Origin: Isurus oxyrinchus | Taxonomy: Eukaryota | Direction of reading: 5' to 3' | Length of the DNA stretch: 64,000 nt | NCBI GenBank assembly: GCA_026770705.1 | Contig: JANJGN010000140.1 | Location: 62,001 to 126,000 of the forward strand | Part shown: in pieces, positions 36,207 to 48,540 of the stretch | Numbering within the stretch: position 1 is the first letter of the stretch | Layout: each line of letters begins with the position of its first letter | Program-made: the position numbers and the translations under genes | The notes under the pieces: generated by a model | Told to the model about the DNA's origin: nothing | The model's database searches: none | What the model saw: the letters and a program-made list of their open reading frames with translations, nothing else

Positions 36207-39200
36207 CTGTAGGGTCAAAAATAAACATTATTTGTCGGTGTAACCACTGTTTGCCCGGGGGAATTTGTTAATAGCTCTTGATTTTGCGGTTTTCTTCACT
36301 TGGTGCCTGTTCGAACTGTATTCACGGTTATTAAATGTGGTCAAGATGATACATGAGGATGATAATTTATTTTGCAGAGCAAGTTATTCACATCTGGAAT
36401 GCACGGTGAAAATGGGTGATAGGAGCAGATTCAACAGTAACTTTCAAAAGGATGATGGATCTGTGCTGGAACAGGGATAAATGCATGTCTACGGGGAAAA
36501 TGTCTGGTTAACGGGGACAATTGGATTGCACTTTTAAAGGGGCAGCCAATGCGCAAGTGCCTGAATGTCATCCTTCCGTGTTGGATGTTTCTGTGATGTA
36601 TATTAAATTTCTGTTTGTATTTTCTTTGGTGAGAGACAAACCCGAAGGAATGTCTTATTATCAATGACGTAATCAATTACCAAAAATAGTTAATCGGTAG
36701 CGACACAGCTGCGTTGCATCACTGCACACAGCAAGATCCAACAAAAAGCGATGAGCTTAATGATCCGATTGGGCCAAACTGATAGTGAACATCAATGGTC
36801 AAAGGTCAATTATTTACTGCAGTTTAACACTGCTCTGGAGTTTCAATCTGCCGTTCCTTCCATTTCCCTATTTTCATCCATCAACAGGGTCTAATTTATT
36901 CCATTTCCATTTAACTTGACATCTTTACATTCAGTTCCCCTTCATTTTTACATTTCCTTTGTGCTGTTCGCGCTTCTTACAATCGTGGGAACTTGTCCCA
37001 AAGTCTCTCAGTTGTCGGTTTGTTTCAGTCTGTTCAGTTTCCACAGTGGTTTTACTGTTACTTACTGGGAACTGCTTCTTCCGGCTCTCTGACAATTTAA
37101 GTTCTTTCCGCCCATTGACTGATTCTGTCCCGGGTGCTCTGGGCGGAGATTTCACTAGGTTTTACATTGTACAGGTTCTGCAGAAGATGAAAACGCTATT
37201 CGGTCCAACTGAGTAATGGTGAAATGATGATTCCAGCAAGCAATGTTTGATTTCCAGGTCTGGATAATTCAGAGTTTCCAGTTCCAGTGATAAAACATGA
37301 AGCCACACTCAGACGGACAATGAAATGGGTGTGGACACTGTGTTTGGGACATGGTTTAAAGTTCACACTCACTGCCTTGGTGAAATCTTGTCATTGTGTA
37401 TAAACTGCCCTGGATCAAACAACACGTTCAGTTGAAATAAGCCTTGCTCCTGGAAACTGAAGGGGAGTAGGACATGTGGCTGCTGAATAATCCAGGCAGC
37501 TACCCAAAGGGCAGAAAATGGCCTAGGAACGACTTCAGGAGCACAGGCCTGACACGGTTTCGGCCGAACGTACATCACTCAAACGTGGTCGATTGTTGAA
37601 TCGACCTTTGAGTAGCTCCCGATGAGCTGCCGCTGATCCCCGATGTGCAATCGGAGACATAAACCTCATCTGATTCATCGGAAAAGAAAAGAAAGATCTA
37701 CAAAGACCTTTCTGCTTCATACACAAGTTTTGCACGTTAAATATTGTCCAAATTCTTTCCGATTTTGAATACTACTGCCCTGAAACAGCACAGAACAGCG
37801 CATGACATAAACATGTTTTGCCTCAGATCTACCACAAATACAATTTGTATTTTAAAACACATTTAACCAAATGAGATGTCCCTTCAGCAGGTAGTGGCAG
37901 TGATCTGCGTGCAACATGAATTCTGAGAGGCCGATGTGGCTGATCACACGCGTCATCGTCTGCAATGTGGGAACACTGATACAAATTGCTATCATTATTA
38001 CTAATACTCAGATTGTAGTAGCTTAAATTTAGGAGACCAAGGTTCTGTAAAAGTAATCGTACGGTGAAGGATTAATTGAATGTTTTTCAATCAGTATTTG
38101 TTTGCAAAAAAACCCATAATTTCTTCTATCAATAGGTTTCATTTTTCTCCTTTACATGTATTTTCATATATTTACATTTAGTTTCATTTTATTTTTCCAT
38201 TTCCTTTGTACTGTTTGCACATCTTGCATGGGAAGGTAGCAATCGTGGGAACTTGTCCTAAATTCTTTCAGTTGTCGGTTGGTTTCAGTCTGTTCAGTTT
38301 CTGCAGTGGTTTTACAGTTACTTACTGGGAACTGCCTCGTCTGCCTTTCGGACAATTGCAAATTTCTTCCGCCCATTGACTGACTGACGGGGCTGATTGG
38401 AGTTTTCCCTAAGTTTTACTTTACACAGAATCTGCCTGAAGAGGAATAATCCATTCTGCTCAAATGATTTATCCCTGTGTATTTACTGCAGACCAGCCCC
38501 CATCTGCCTGAAATCTAATTGTCAATTTCTAGTCAGCTCCCTGTGCCAGTCTGTTCCGTTCTCCCTTCTGTATTTTCAAGTATTCCCATAATTGTATCAA
38601 TACTATTTGCTCCAACCACTCCCTGGGCAGCAAGTTCCACATTTTGACCTGCCTGTTTTTACACATCTTCTTCATCGTGTCTTTATTTGTTCTGTTTTTG
38701 ACTATCTTCTGTTAATGGCACTAGCTTCACCCACAAATAAACGGCTATTCCACAAATACTCCAATGAACCCGTCCATTGCTTAAACGATTTCTATGTATT
38801 CTCCTCCTATTTCTCTGTTCTCCAGATACAAGAGACCCGGCCTGTTCAACCTCTGCACAAAGAGGTGGATTGTTCCTGATTTCTTTTCTCAGAGGTGTAA
38901 CAGATCAAAGCAGTTAATATAACAAACAGAAGCACGAGCGACCATGTTACCTTTCAAAACTTTTCCGCCATTCAGTAATAGCCTGACTCATTCTCGATTT
39001 CAACATCGCTTTGGCGCAATGTCCCCATATCCGTTGATTCTTTTAGCATCCCAAAATTCATTGAACACTTCCTTTAATACACTCAACTACAGCTCTCTGA
39101 GGTAGAGAATGTCACAGATTCACAACAATGATTTCACTGAATAAATTTCTCTTCTTCTCATTTCTCATGGCCGAATCCTTACTCTGAAACTGTGACCCGT

Positions 39201-40357
39201 AGTTATAGACTTAACACCCTGGGGAAACACCCACCGAGAATCTATACTGTCCTGGAAGTTAAATGTTCCAATGAAATTACATGTCATTCCTCTAAACTCT
39301 TGGGAACATAGACCCAGCCTACTCAACCTCCTCTTACAGGACAATCCCTTTATCTCACGAATCAGACTGATGAACCTTTGTTGCACTAGCTCCAAGACAA
39401 GGAGGTCCTTCCTTAAGTAAAGAGATCATAACTTTACACAACATTCCAAACTGGAGTCCATTTCAGTCATTCCTCCATGCACCTCACCAACTAACATGGG
39501 CTCGGATTGTAATTTGAATGGGCCAGAGACCCTCCAATCCTTCTCTCCCTTGCGATTAATTATTTCTTGCTGCTTCGAAATGAACATTCCCCCAGATTGT
39601 AAATGTTTCCTAAGGTCCCTGTTCTCCTTTATAAGATTAATACACAATCCTCAGTCTCTCAGTGCGCTGTGCTGTTTTAATTAACAGTAATCAGGGACAC
39701 AGATAAATTACAGCAATCCCATTTCTCAAACATTTACATTCAATATAGAGAAATGTCTGCAATTCCAAACCTGCACATCTGACAGCGGAAAAGGAGGAAA
39801 GTGATTGGTTATATGATGGCAACTGAGAGAAGTGGCGGGGTCAATGTCACTAATTTTAGTCACTGGTTGCCCAATCATAAAATTCCATCTGGACCCACAT
39901 CAGGGTCTTATATCTGAAGTCCCTTGGGTCACTCTCCCATTTCTCTCCCGGGTCAGGTATTGAACGAGCCGCTGCAGGTATCTGAACTGGCCATAGTTGT
40001 GTTGAGTTTATTCACTCGGTACCTCATTCACATTGCTCAGGTCGGACTGCAATCTGCTGCCCAGTAGAGAGATCTGTGACCTCGCTCCCGGGCTCTAACG
40101 GACAGACAGAGAGCCCTCGGTCACAGTTAACACCGGGAGTGGAGTCCGGATTGTCGACAATCTGCGCTCATTAAAAACGATTCAGAGTGTGAGAGTCCGT
40201 GATGTTGATGTTGTCCCCGATGTGCCCATTAAACCAATAATGGTCCAGATTCTGTCAACTCCCACATCTCACCCAAACTCCACTGATATCAATAATAAAC
40301 TGACGGTGAACATTACCCGAGACAGGCTGTAACCTGGCGGTGTTTGGAGTCACTTAC

Positions 40358-40449
40358 CGGCTGTGACAGTCACCACCGTCCCGGATCCATCCACATAATC
40401 TTATTTTCAGCACAGTGATCCCGCTCTCAGTCTCTCCGGTACAACAATC
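40358..40449 (-). other. NAR-TCR J segment (coding 40358-40410) with 23-RSS (cassette 2)
   Basis: GATTGTTGT + 23 + CACTGTG; ...DYVDGSGTVVTVTA G|gtaagt. Two in-frame stops in the first 10 nt would have to be trimmed. Confidence 0.85.
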
Positions 40450-40762
40450 ATTGACACCTCAAACTGCAGGGAAATCATCATCAGACAGTAGAAACTGCCC
40501 AGTTATTGAGTGGATTAAAATAAGTGTAAAATATTCAATGTTTCAAAGCTTCTGTCGGTTCAAACTGTTCTTTGTGAGGCCCTGAGCTCTGAGTAAATGG
40601 CCCCGGGAAGGAGATGTTTGCTTCATATAAACCGAGAAATTATCAAAGAAAGATAACTGAATGGTGGAAATTACAAGAAATATAACCAGATTACAGTGGT
40701 AATAACATCAACCCGACAATTTCCTATCCGGGCCCAGAGAATTTAAACAGTGATCGTACAGA

Positions 40763-41273
40763 GATATTTGCTCCGGTCTGCCCCACTCTGACTGTACCGC
40801 ATGCTGTACATATACAGAGCTTTACAGTAATAGGTGGTGGTGTTTCCAACTCTCAGATCCCTAATTTCCAGCGAAAATGTATTTTCTGCTTTATTCACCG
40901 ACACAACAAATCTCCCCTTGCTGGAGATCCGCTCCCGGTCTGGGTTTGTCTGAAGAAATCCCCACCCGTCAAAGGATGAGAGAAAAAGCCACCATAGAAA
41001 ACGCAGGTGATGGTGAGAGACTGACACTCCTTCCTGGTCACCGCTGCCGGGGTCTGTACCACTGACTGACTGAAAGACCCTGGAAATTAAACAGAGAGAG
41101 TTTAATGGACCATCAGAGCCGAACCACAGAGCGGGGTCAAAACCCCGGACATTGTCTGGAATTGGGATGGACTCGGGCAGCTTTATATTAAACAAACACA
41201 ATGTCGGTTTGTTTGATCGGAACTCACGGGGTAAACGGACACACAGGGTGAAAAGAAAGAGAACTCCAATCGT
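40763..41273 (-). pseudogene. NAR-TCR V pseudogene fused to D (VD), followed by 12-RSS (cassette 2)
   Basis: Leader 41228-41273 has ATG ATG mutated to ACG ATT. Exon 40791-41079 SVVQTPAAVTRKECQSLTITCVFYGG..., 10-nt frameshifting deletion in FR2, ...TYYCKALYMYSMRYS, then CAGAGTG + 12 + GCAAATATC. Confidence 0.9.
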
Positions 41274-42588
41274 TCTGCTGCCTGGAGCTGAGGGTTTATA
41301 TGACGGGGCGCTGGAGACTGTAGACCCGGACTGCACTGGGAGACCGGACCTCAGAGCTGGACCTAAATATTTAAGTGGGTGCTGAGTTGATTTGCACAGG
41401 ACAGTTCCGCTCTGATCATTGATGGACCGCACGGTTCCCGGGTCGCTGGCTAAGTCTGTGACTAAGAGACAGGTTTATAAAAGGAGACTGCAATTTTTTG
41501 ACTCTTCATTTGGATTGTGATCCGGATGTGAAAAGTCCTCCTGCAATACTCTGGGGTACAGAGGTGGGGGAGGGGAGCTTTTCTTTCTGCCAGTTACGCT
41601 GCCGCCTTCAAATCCCCGCAATAATGAACTGGGAGGTCGGTGCGTGTGTTTGTACCGGGTGGTGTTTGAGAGATGGCACTTCCCGTCAGTCCCTCAGCCT
41701 GACCAGTAAAGCCAATGAGTTCGAGGGGCTGAACGGTGACCCGGCACTACACCAAGGAGGCAGGAACACCCGGGAGACTTTAATCCAACGAACCTTCAGT
41801 TAATCCCACACAAATGGGTTTGCAAGCCAGCATTACCTGGCGCATTCATATGCAGCACTTTAGTGCGACATCTGTCACTTCATCAGCTGCAACAAGGGGC
41901 TTTGGACACAAATCTAAATATCCACTCAAACACAAATGACATGTCTGTGAAACATACAAATGCAGCACAAAGGAGCCACCCTCAGTCATCGAAACACTTG
42001 TGGATTTTATTTTGATCCATCATCTGGTCCAACAAATTTGCCTCATATTTCCTTTCCATTCCCGTGCAGTTTTTCTCTACAGCGCTGTCCCCATGGCCTC
42101 TGATCACGATGAAACTACATTTATTGATTGACTTTAAGTCCGATATAAATGCGAAAACTCCAAAGCAACTTTCACGACGCCTGGAGGTGTTTAGGCGTCA
42201 GTGCTTGCTCACCGATTTGTCTTATTCTGTCTTCACTCCCAATTTAACGTATTTATTTCCACGTGTTTTACTGCGGTGGGAGTGTTTACTTCGAGGAGAG
42301 ATTTACCCAGCAGAGAGACATCAAGGCAAAGGGACAGACAAGCTAAGAAGGTCAGAGCGAGGGAGGGGGAACCACCCAGTGAATTAAACTATCCGCAGCT
42401 CACATTCATTGGTGCGTAGCTGTCATCAGCTCGGACAGACAAGTGAATCTTCTCCTTGGGAAACGCCCCTCTCTGCCTCAATAAGTGGAGCCCGATCCTG
42501 TTCTGGGTTTCACTTTAATATCAGACTAGAGGGACCAACATATTAAGATGAACCTGTGATTTTTTTGTCGAGCTCGAAACCAGATACC

Positions 42589-43057
42589 ATGAGCTCACCA
42601 TGTCCCTTACTCCCAATAATTGCCTTGCTGCCTGGTAAGTCTATGTCTACATAGTCACTGTGTTTACGGGGGTTGTATTTCCTCGCCGGCTTTGAACCAT
42701 TCTGTATATGTGTTACAGGGTCGAATGGCACAGATTCAATGTCCCAGGATCCGTCTGCATTAATGATAATGGAAGGACAGAGCATAATACTGGGCTGCAG
42801 TTACTCGCCAGCCGGCCCTGTCACAACTCTGTTCTGGTATGCCCAGTATCCCGGGGAAGCTGCGAGACATTTACTGAAGCTTGGGGAATGAAGAAAGGCT
42901 TCCAAGCTAACCAGACAGATTTTCTGGTTATTTTCACAAAGGAAATATAGCGTCTCCTTTAAATATCGCCGGGGAACTTCTCTCCGAAAGCGCCGTGTAT
43001 TTCTGTGCCCTGGAGCTCACAGTGCTGCGGAGATATTGCCGATCCCGTGCTGAAACC
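42589..43057 (+). pseudogene. TCR alpha/delta V pseudogene
   Basis: Leader 42589-42634 MSSPCPLLPIIALLP|gtaag. Exon 42719-43017 DSMSQDPSAL...ILGCSYS...LFWYAQYPGEA, frameshift and stop, PDRFSG...ESAVYFCALE. CACAGTG 43018-43024 + 24 + GCTGAAACC. Confidence 0.9.
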
Positions 43058-43080
43058 TCACTGAGAGGTACAGTTAGTGC

Positions 43081-43094
43081 CCACCAGAGGGCGC
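43081..43094 (+). promoter_or_regulatory. CTCF core motif CCACCAGAGGGCGC, 23 nt after a V-RSS nonamer
   Basis: Perfect fit to the consensus core; motif only. Confidence 0.6.
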
Positions 43095-43319
43095 TCTCAC
43101 ACCGATAAACATAAGCAATAAAGCAGCCGCCACAGTGAGGGCCACAGAAAGATTCAAAACACATCAAACACGAAGAGCTGAGGAACACTTGCGCAATTAT
43201 ATTAATCAATTTCAACTCACGTCTGTACCATAATCGACATTCCTAGATCGATTTGATCGCTTTCATATATTTATTGCCGTTTGACACAGTTTCAGTGCCT
43301 GTTTGAGATATTGAACAAC

Positions 43320-43401
43320 CAGATGATCGGCTGAAGCCTCGTCCACACACAGGACACGTGTGCGGTTTCTTTCTGCTGTGAATGGTGCTTTCTCCTTCCA
43401 T
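43320..43401 (-). pseudogene. C2H2 zinc-finger gene relic
   Basis: MEGESTIHSRKKPHTCPVCGRGFSRSSG; upstream flank (to ~43840) is homologous to 50490-51120. Confidence 0.65.
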
Positions 43402-44959
43402 GTTCAAAATCCGATGATATTCAGGTTACGATAAATTGGGTAACTCTTGACACATCCTGATGTGATGCTTGGTTTGAGTTTCCGGACTCGAAATCCTCCC
43501 CTTCTAAAAACCTGTCAAAATGTTTTAAAATAGAAAAAAGTGAGAGAGACCCCACAAAAACACAAAGACATGTTGTGAAATTGAGCTGAATGAATCTGGT
43601 GATTTGTGGGGCCGACACTAGGAAAAAGTGACCATGAAAACTGCTGGACTGTCGTAAAACCCCAACTGGTTCACTAATGTGCTTCAGGGAAGGAAACATG
43701 CCACCCAGTCTGGTCCTATACAAGACTCTGGAATATGGGGGGAGAAGAGTGAAAGAGGCCTGGGAGCAGAAGCAGAGAACGAGAGGAATATTATTTATAT
43801 TTGTGCAAATCGACCAGAACTTTGACAGAATCTCATGAATCCTCAATCTCCACCACCTAGAAGGACCAGGGTAGCAGGTGTATGTGAACACCATCACCTC
43901 CAGGTTCTCCTCCAAGTCACACACATCCTGACCTGCCCAACACCCAGCACTGGATGAGGAGAATTTTCCTCTATTTAAATATTGAGAAGGCTGAAGCCGT
44001 TGACTTCAGTCCCCACTACAAACTTCACTCCCTAGGCACCGACTCCAGCCCCCTTCCCTGTCAACTGCCTGAGGCTGAAGGAGATTGTTCAAAACAATGG
44101 TGTCATATTTGACCCCAAGGCAAGCTCCACCCACATACCTGCATCATCATGAAGACTGGATTCCACCTTAGTAACATCGCCAGAATCCACCCCAGTCTCA
44201 GCTCATCTGCTGCTGAAACTATCATCCATTCCTTTGTTACCTCCGAGATATCTGCACTCTACTTCTGACTTCCTGACAATTCCTAATTTCCTTTGCTCCA
44301 CATTTGGTACCTGTAGCTGCCAAGGCCATAAACTCTGGGAATTCATTACTAATCCTGTCCACCTCTATATCTTCCTTTCCTCCTTTAAGATACTCCTTAA
44401 AAAAGACCTCTGCTTCCGGTACCCCATGAGTTTATAGAAGCAATCACTATCAGTCCAGGATGGAAATTCAGAGGAGACAAATATTTTTCTTGCTTTGAGT
44501 TTGTTGTGCATAAATCCTCCCCTTCTAACCCCCTTAAAAGGAGTTTCCAAAATCTATCCCAGCATAGAAATTCACAGCATTGTGTCCTCCTCCTCCCTGG
44601 TCCAGGATGACCTCACATGTGTCCTCTGCACATTGTCCCTCATTGTCATCAGCAATCCCTTGATTAGAGGGTGATGTTTACTCAGGGTTCTGAGTTTCTG
44701 CCGTTGGTCTTCATGTGACTGAACAGACACGCAGATCTTTGGACACATGGGGCAGGTCGTCTATGAGGTAGTGAGATCAGGAGAGCAGGATTTTCTTCCT
44801 TTGCTTGCCTTCTCTGCTGCAGCTTTGCCTCATCAATAAGACATTATTGATCAGCTCAAAGGTTAATACACCTTGATGGACAAGTTGTCATCATTTTAAA
44901 CAATGGGTAACAAGCTCCTCCCAGTCATTAAAACATTGCCCCGTACATGTGCCCATTGT

Positions 44960-45274
44960 GGTGGCATAGTGGCATTGTGATGTCTTCATATTCAAGAGAC
45001 CCAGGGTAACGCTCTGGGGATGTGGGATCAATTCGCACCACTGCAGATGGTGAAATTTGAATTCAATAAAAATCTGGAATTAAAAGTCTAAAGATGACCA
45101 TGAAACCATTGTCGATTGTTATTAAAAACCCTTACCTGTTCTGGCCTATCTGTGACCCCAGACCCCACAGCAATGTGATGATTCTTAGCTGCCCTCTGAA
45201 CAAGGGCACTTAGGAATGGCCAGTAACTGCTGGCCCCAGCCACTGACACCCACATCCCAGGAATGAATAAAAAA
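44960..45274 (+). mobile_element. Near full-length tRNA-headed Deu-type SINE
   Basis: ggtggcatagtgg A-box-like head, conserved core, aagggc..tagg...catcccaggaatgaataaaaaa tail. Confidence 0.7.
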
Positions 45275-45329
45275 TCATGGGGCCTTTAGCCCGAGTCGAA
45301 CATGGCTGCGGGTTTACACATGTCTTCGT

Positions 45330-45460
45330 CCATCGCTCCCTCCGCCCCGCCATCCCCCCTCTTTTCCCATTGTGGATCAGCCCCGCCTTCTCATTGGTTG
45401 CAGGGCCAGCCTCTTGCGCACGCATGCCCCCAGTCCCGCCCCCTTTTCCTATTGGTCTGG
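45330..45460. promoter_or_regulatory. Housekeeping-type promoter relic (GC boxes, two CCAAT, NRF1-like)
   Basis: Several ccgccc, attgg at 45393 and 45451, tgcgcacgcat at 45415-45425; probably belongs to a neighbouring ZNF relic. Confidence 0.45.
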
Positions 45461-45606
45461 AGCAACCGTCAATTGTGACGGTTTCAGACGCTGAGAGCGG
45501 CCACAGAGTCAGCCTGACTTGCTAATTATTGGCAGCATTTTCTGTTTGGGAATTAGAGCTAGAGATGGATGGTCAGTTCCTCTCTGTCCGGGGGGGATTC
45601 ACACTC

Positions 45607-45677
45607 ATTTCCCCAGTGCAGTGATTATCACGTTTACTTTAGATGAGAGAGTGCCCGGTTCAAACCCGGCCGAAACT
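45607..45677 (+). tRNA. tRNA-Val-derived pseudogene
   Basis: atttccccagtgcagtgattatcacgttt...cccggttcaaacccggccgaaac resembles vertebrate tRNA-Val (GTTTCCGTAGTGTAGTGGTTATCACGTTC...CCCGGTTCGAAACCGGGCGGAAAC) with many mismatches. Confidence 0.6.
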
Positions 45678-47339
45678 TTGTGTTTAAAATTATTACCAAT
45701 GAGGAATTAACAATTAGTTTAGTTTCATGTCGAACAGGGTGACAATTACTAAAACAAAAACAAAAATACCTGGAAAAACTCAGCAGGTCTGGCAGCATCT
45801 GTGGAGAGGAACACAGTTGACGTTTCGAGTCCGAATGACCCTTCAAGACAATTACTGCTGTCTCATTCTTTAAAAGCTCTTCTTCACCTTTATACAGGTA
45901 ACGATAAATGAGAGAAAGCACAGTGACCCCAAAAAAAGATACTGCAGATGCTAGAAATCCAACCTCAACACAGAAAATGTTGGAAACACTCAGCAGGTCA
46001 AACAGTATCTACAGAGAGGTAAACAGAGTGAATGTTTCACATCGGTGACCCTTTATCCAAACAGGAAAGAGTGAAAGATTTAATACTTTTCCAGCAAATA
46101 TAGGGTCAGGTAAAAGGGAGGGGGGGGAGGAGGAAAGAACAAACGGTCTTGCGATAGGATGGAAGACAGAGTAAATCATCAAGGGGATGATGATTCAAGG
46201 CAAAATTGAAGACTGTGGTTGAGTACAATTCTGCTGCTGGTGATGGCTCACGGCACCTCATGGTTGCATGATCTGTTTGAGATCTAGGGTTGTAGTACCA
46301 GAAAACATAATGGAGGGTATCCTCAATGTGAAGACGGGACTTTGTCTCCACCAGAACTATGGTTCCGTGAATATGATTTTGTCAGGCTCTTGCTTAGCTC
46401 CTCTGTGAAACAGCTCTCTCATTCTTGGCATCAGATGTTAGTATGGAGGACTTCATAGGGTTGGCAGGGCTGAGTTTGCCTTTGTCGGTTCGGGTGCCTG
46501 GGCCGATGCCGGGTGGTCTGGTTTCATTCCTTAATCATTTTCCGGTCATGGTTTGATACAACTGAGAGCATTTCAGAGTCAACCACATTCTTGTGGGTCT
46601 GGAGTCACACGCAGGCCAGACCAGGTAAGGATGGCAGATTTCCTCCCCTAAAGGATATTAGTGAACTAGAAGGGTTTTTATGACTATCGACAATGATTTT
46701 GTCGCCAACATTAGACTTTTCATTGAAATTAAATTCCACCATCTGTCTTGTAATTTTTTTTTATTCACTCATGGGCTTCCCTGGCTGGGCCAGCATTTAT
46801 TCCCCATTCCTATCTGCCCTTGAGAAAGTGGGGTGAGCTTCCTTCTTGAACCGCTGCAGTCCATATGGTGTAGGTACACCCACAGTGCTGTTAGGAAGGG
46901 AGTTCCAGGATTTTGACCCAGTGACAGTGAAGAAACTGCAATATATTTCCAAGTCAGGATGGTGAGTTACTTGGAGCGGAATGTCCAGTGGTGGTGTTCC
47001 CATCTATCTGCTGCCCTTGTCCTCCTAGGTAGTTGTGGCTGTGGGTTTGGAAGGTGCTGTGTAAGGTGTCCTGGTGAAAGCCTGATGTTGTGGTGGGATT
47101 TGAACCTGGGTCCCTCAAGCATTACCCTGATCTCTGAATTACTTGTCCAGTGACAACAACACTATGCCAACGTCTCCCCGATAACTGAAACCATTGTCTT
47201 CAGTCCCTTCTCCACTCCACAGCCACTGACTCCATCATCTCCCCAGCAACTGCCTGAGGCTGAACCAGACTTTTCACAACATTGGTGTCATGTTTCACCC
47301 CAAACTGACCTTCAAACCGCATATCCACATCATGTGAAC

Positions 47340-48540
47340 ATGCAAAATAGGAAAATAAGTAGGGTATTCAGCCCCTCGAGGCCACTCTGCCATTCAATAT
47401 AATCATGACTGATTACTTGCATTTCAAATTCCACCTTCCCATCTACCCCTGATAAACTTTGATCCCTGTGCCTAACAAGAATCTATCGACCTCTGCCTTA
47501 AAAATATTTAATGACTCCACCACCACTGACTTCTGAGGCAGGGAGTTCCAGAGTCCTCAGAGAAAAAAATTCTCCTCATCTCTGTCCTAAAATGGCGACT
47601 CCTAATTTCACAACAATGCCCCTAGTTCTGGACTCACCAACAAGAGGAAACATCCTTTGCATATCCACCTTGTCAAGACCATTCAGGATCTTATATACTT
47701 CAATCAAGTCACCCCTCCCTTTTCTAAACTCCAATGGAAACAAGCCCAGCCTGTCCAACCTATCCTCAAAAGACAATCCGTTCATCCAGGTATCAATCTA
47801 GTAAACCACCTTTGAACCACCTCCAATGCATTTACATCTTTCTTTAAATAAGGGGACCAAAAACTGCACACTGTATTCGATATGTGATCGCACCAATGCC
47901 CTGTATAAGTGAAGCATAACATCCTTGCTTTGATGTTCAATCCCTCTCGTAATAAAGAAAAGCATTCCCTTAGCCTTCTTAACTACTTGCTATACCTGCA
48001 TACTAACCTTTTGTGCCTCATGCACTATAACACCTAGATCCCTCTGCACCTTGAAATTCTGCAGTCATTCTCCATTTAAGTAACACTCTGCTTTTTTATT
48101 CTTCCTGCCAAAGTGAACAACTTCACATTTTCCAACATTAAACTCCATTTGCCAGATCTCTGCCCAATCACTGAGCCTATCTATATGCATCTGCAACCTC
48201 CTTATGTCCTCTTCACAACATACATTCCTACATATCTTCATGTCATCTGCAAATTTAGCCACAATGGCTTCTCTCCCCTCATCGAAGTCATTGATATCAA
48301 TTGTAAAAAGTTGAGGTGCCAGCACAGATCCTGTGGGACTCCACGCATCACATCCTGCCAATCAACAAAGACCAATTTATGCATACTCTCTGTTTTCTGC
48401 CAGCCAGTCAATATTCTATCCATACTAACATATTACATCCTACATCCTGAGCTTTTATTTGTCACGATAACCTTTGATGTGGCATCTTATCAAATGCCTT
48501 CTGGAAATCCAAGTACAGTATGTCGACAGGCTCCCCTTTA
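47340..48540 (-). mobile_element. CR1 LINE 3' portion
   Basis: Minus-strand ORFs GSVLAPQLFTIDIND...AKFADD...WQMEFNVGKCEVVHFG and RLGLFPLEFRKGRGDLIEVYKI. Confidence 0.88.

Noticed and set aside
37260-37735. Unique-looking insert in the cassette-2 intron with an acceptor-like site and CACAGTG (-)
   Set aside because: No V motifs in any frame and no nonamer at 12 or 23 spacing.
40743-41432. 229-aa minus-strand ORF as a novel protein
   Set aside because: Read-through across the promoter, leader, intron and frameshifted NAR-TCR V pseudogene.
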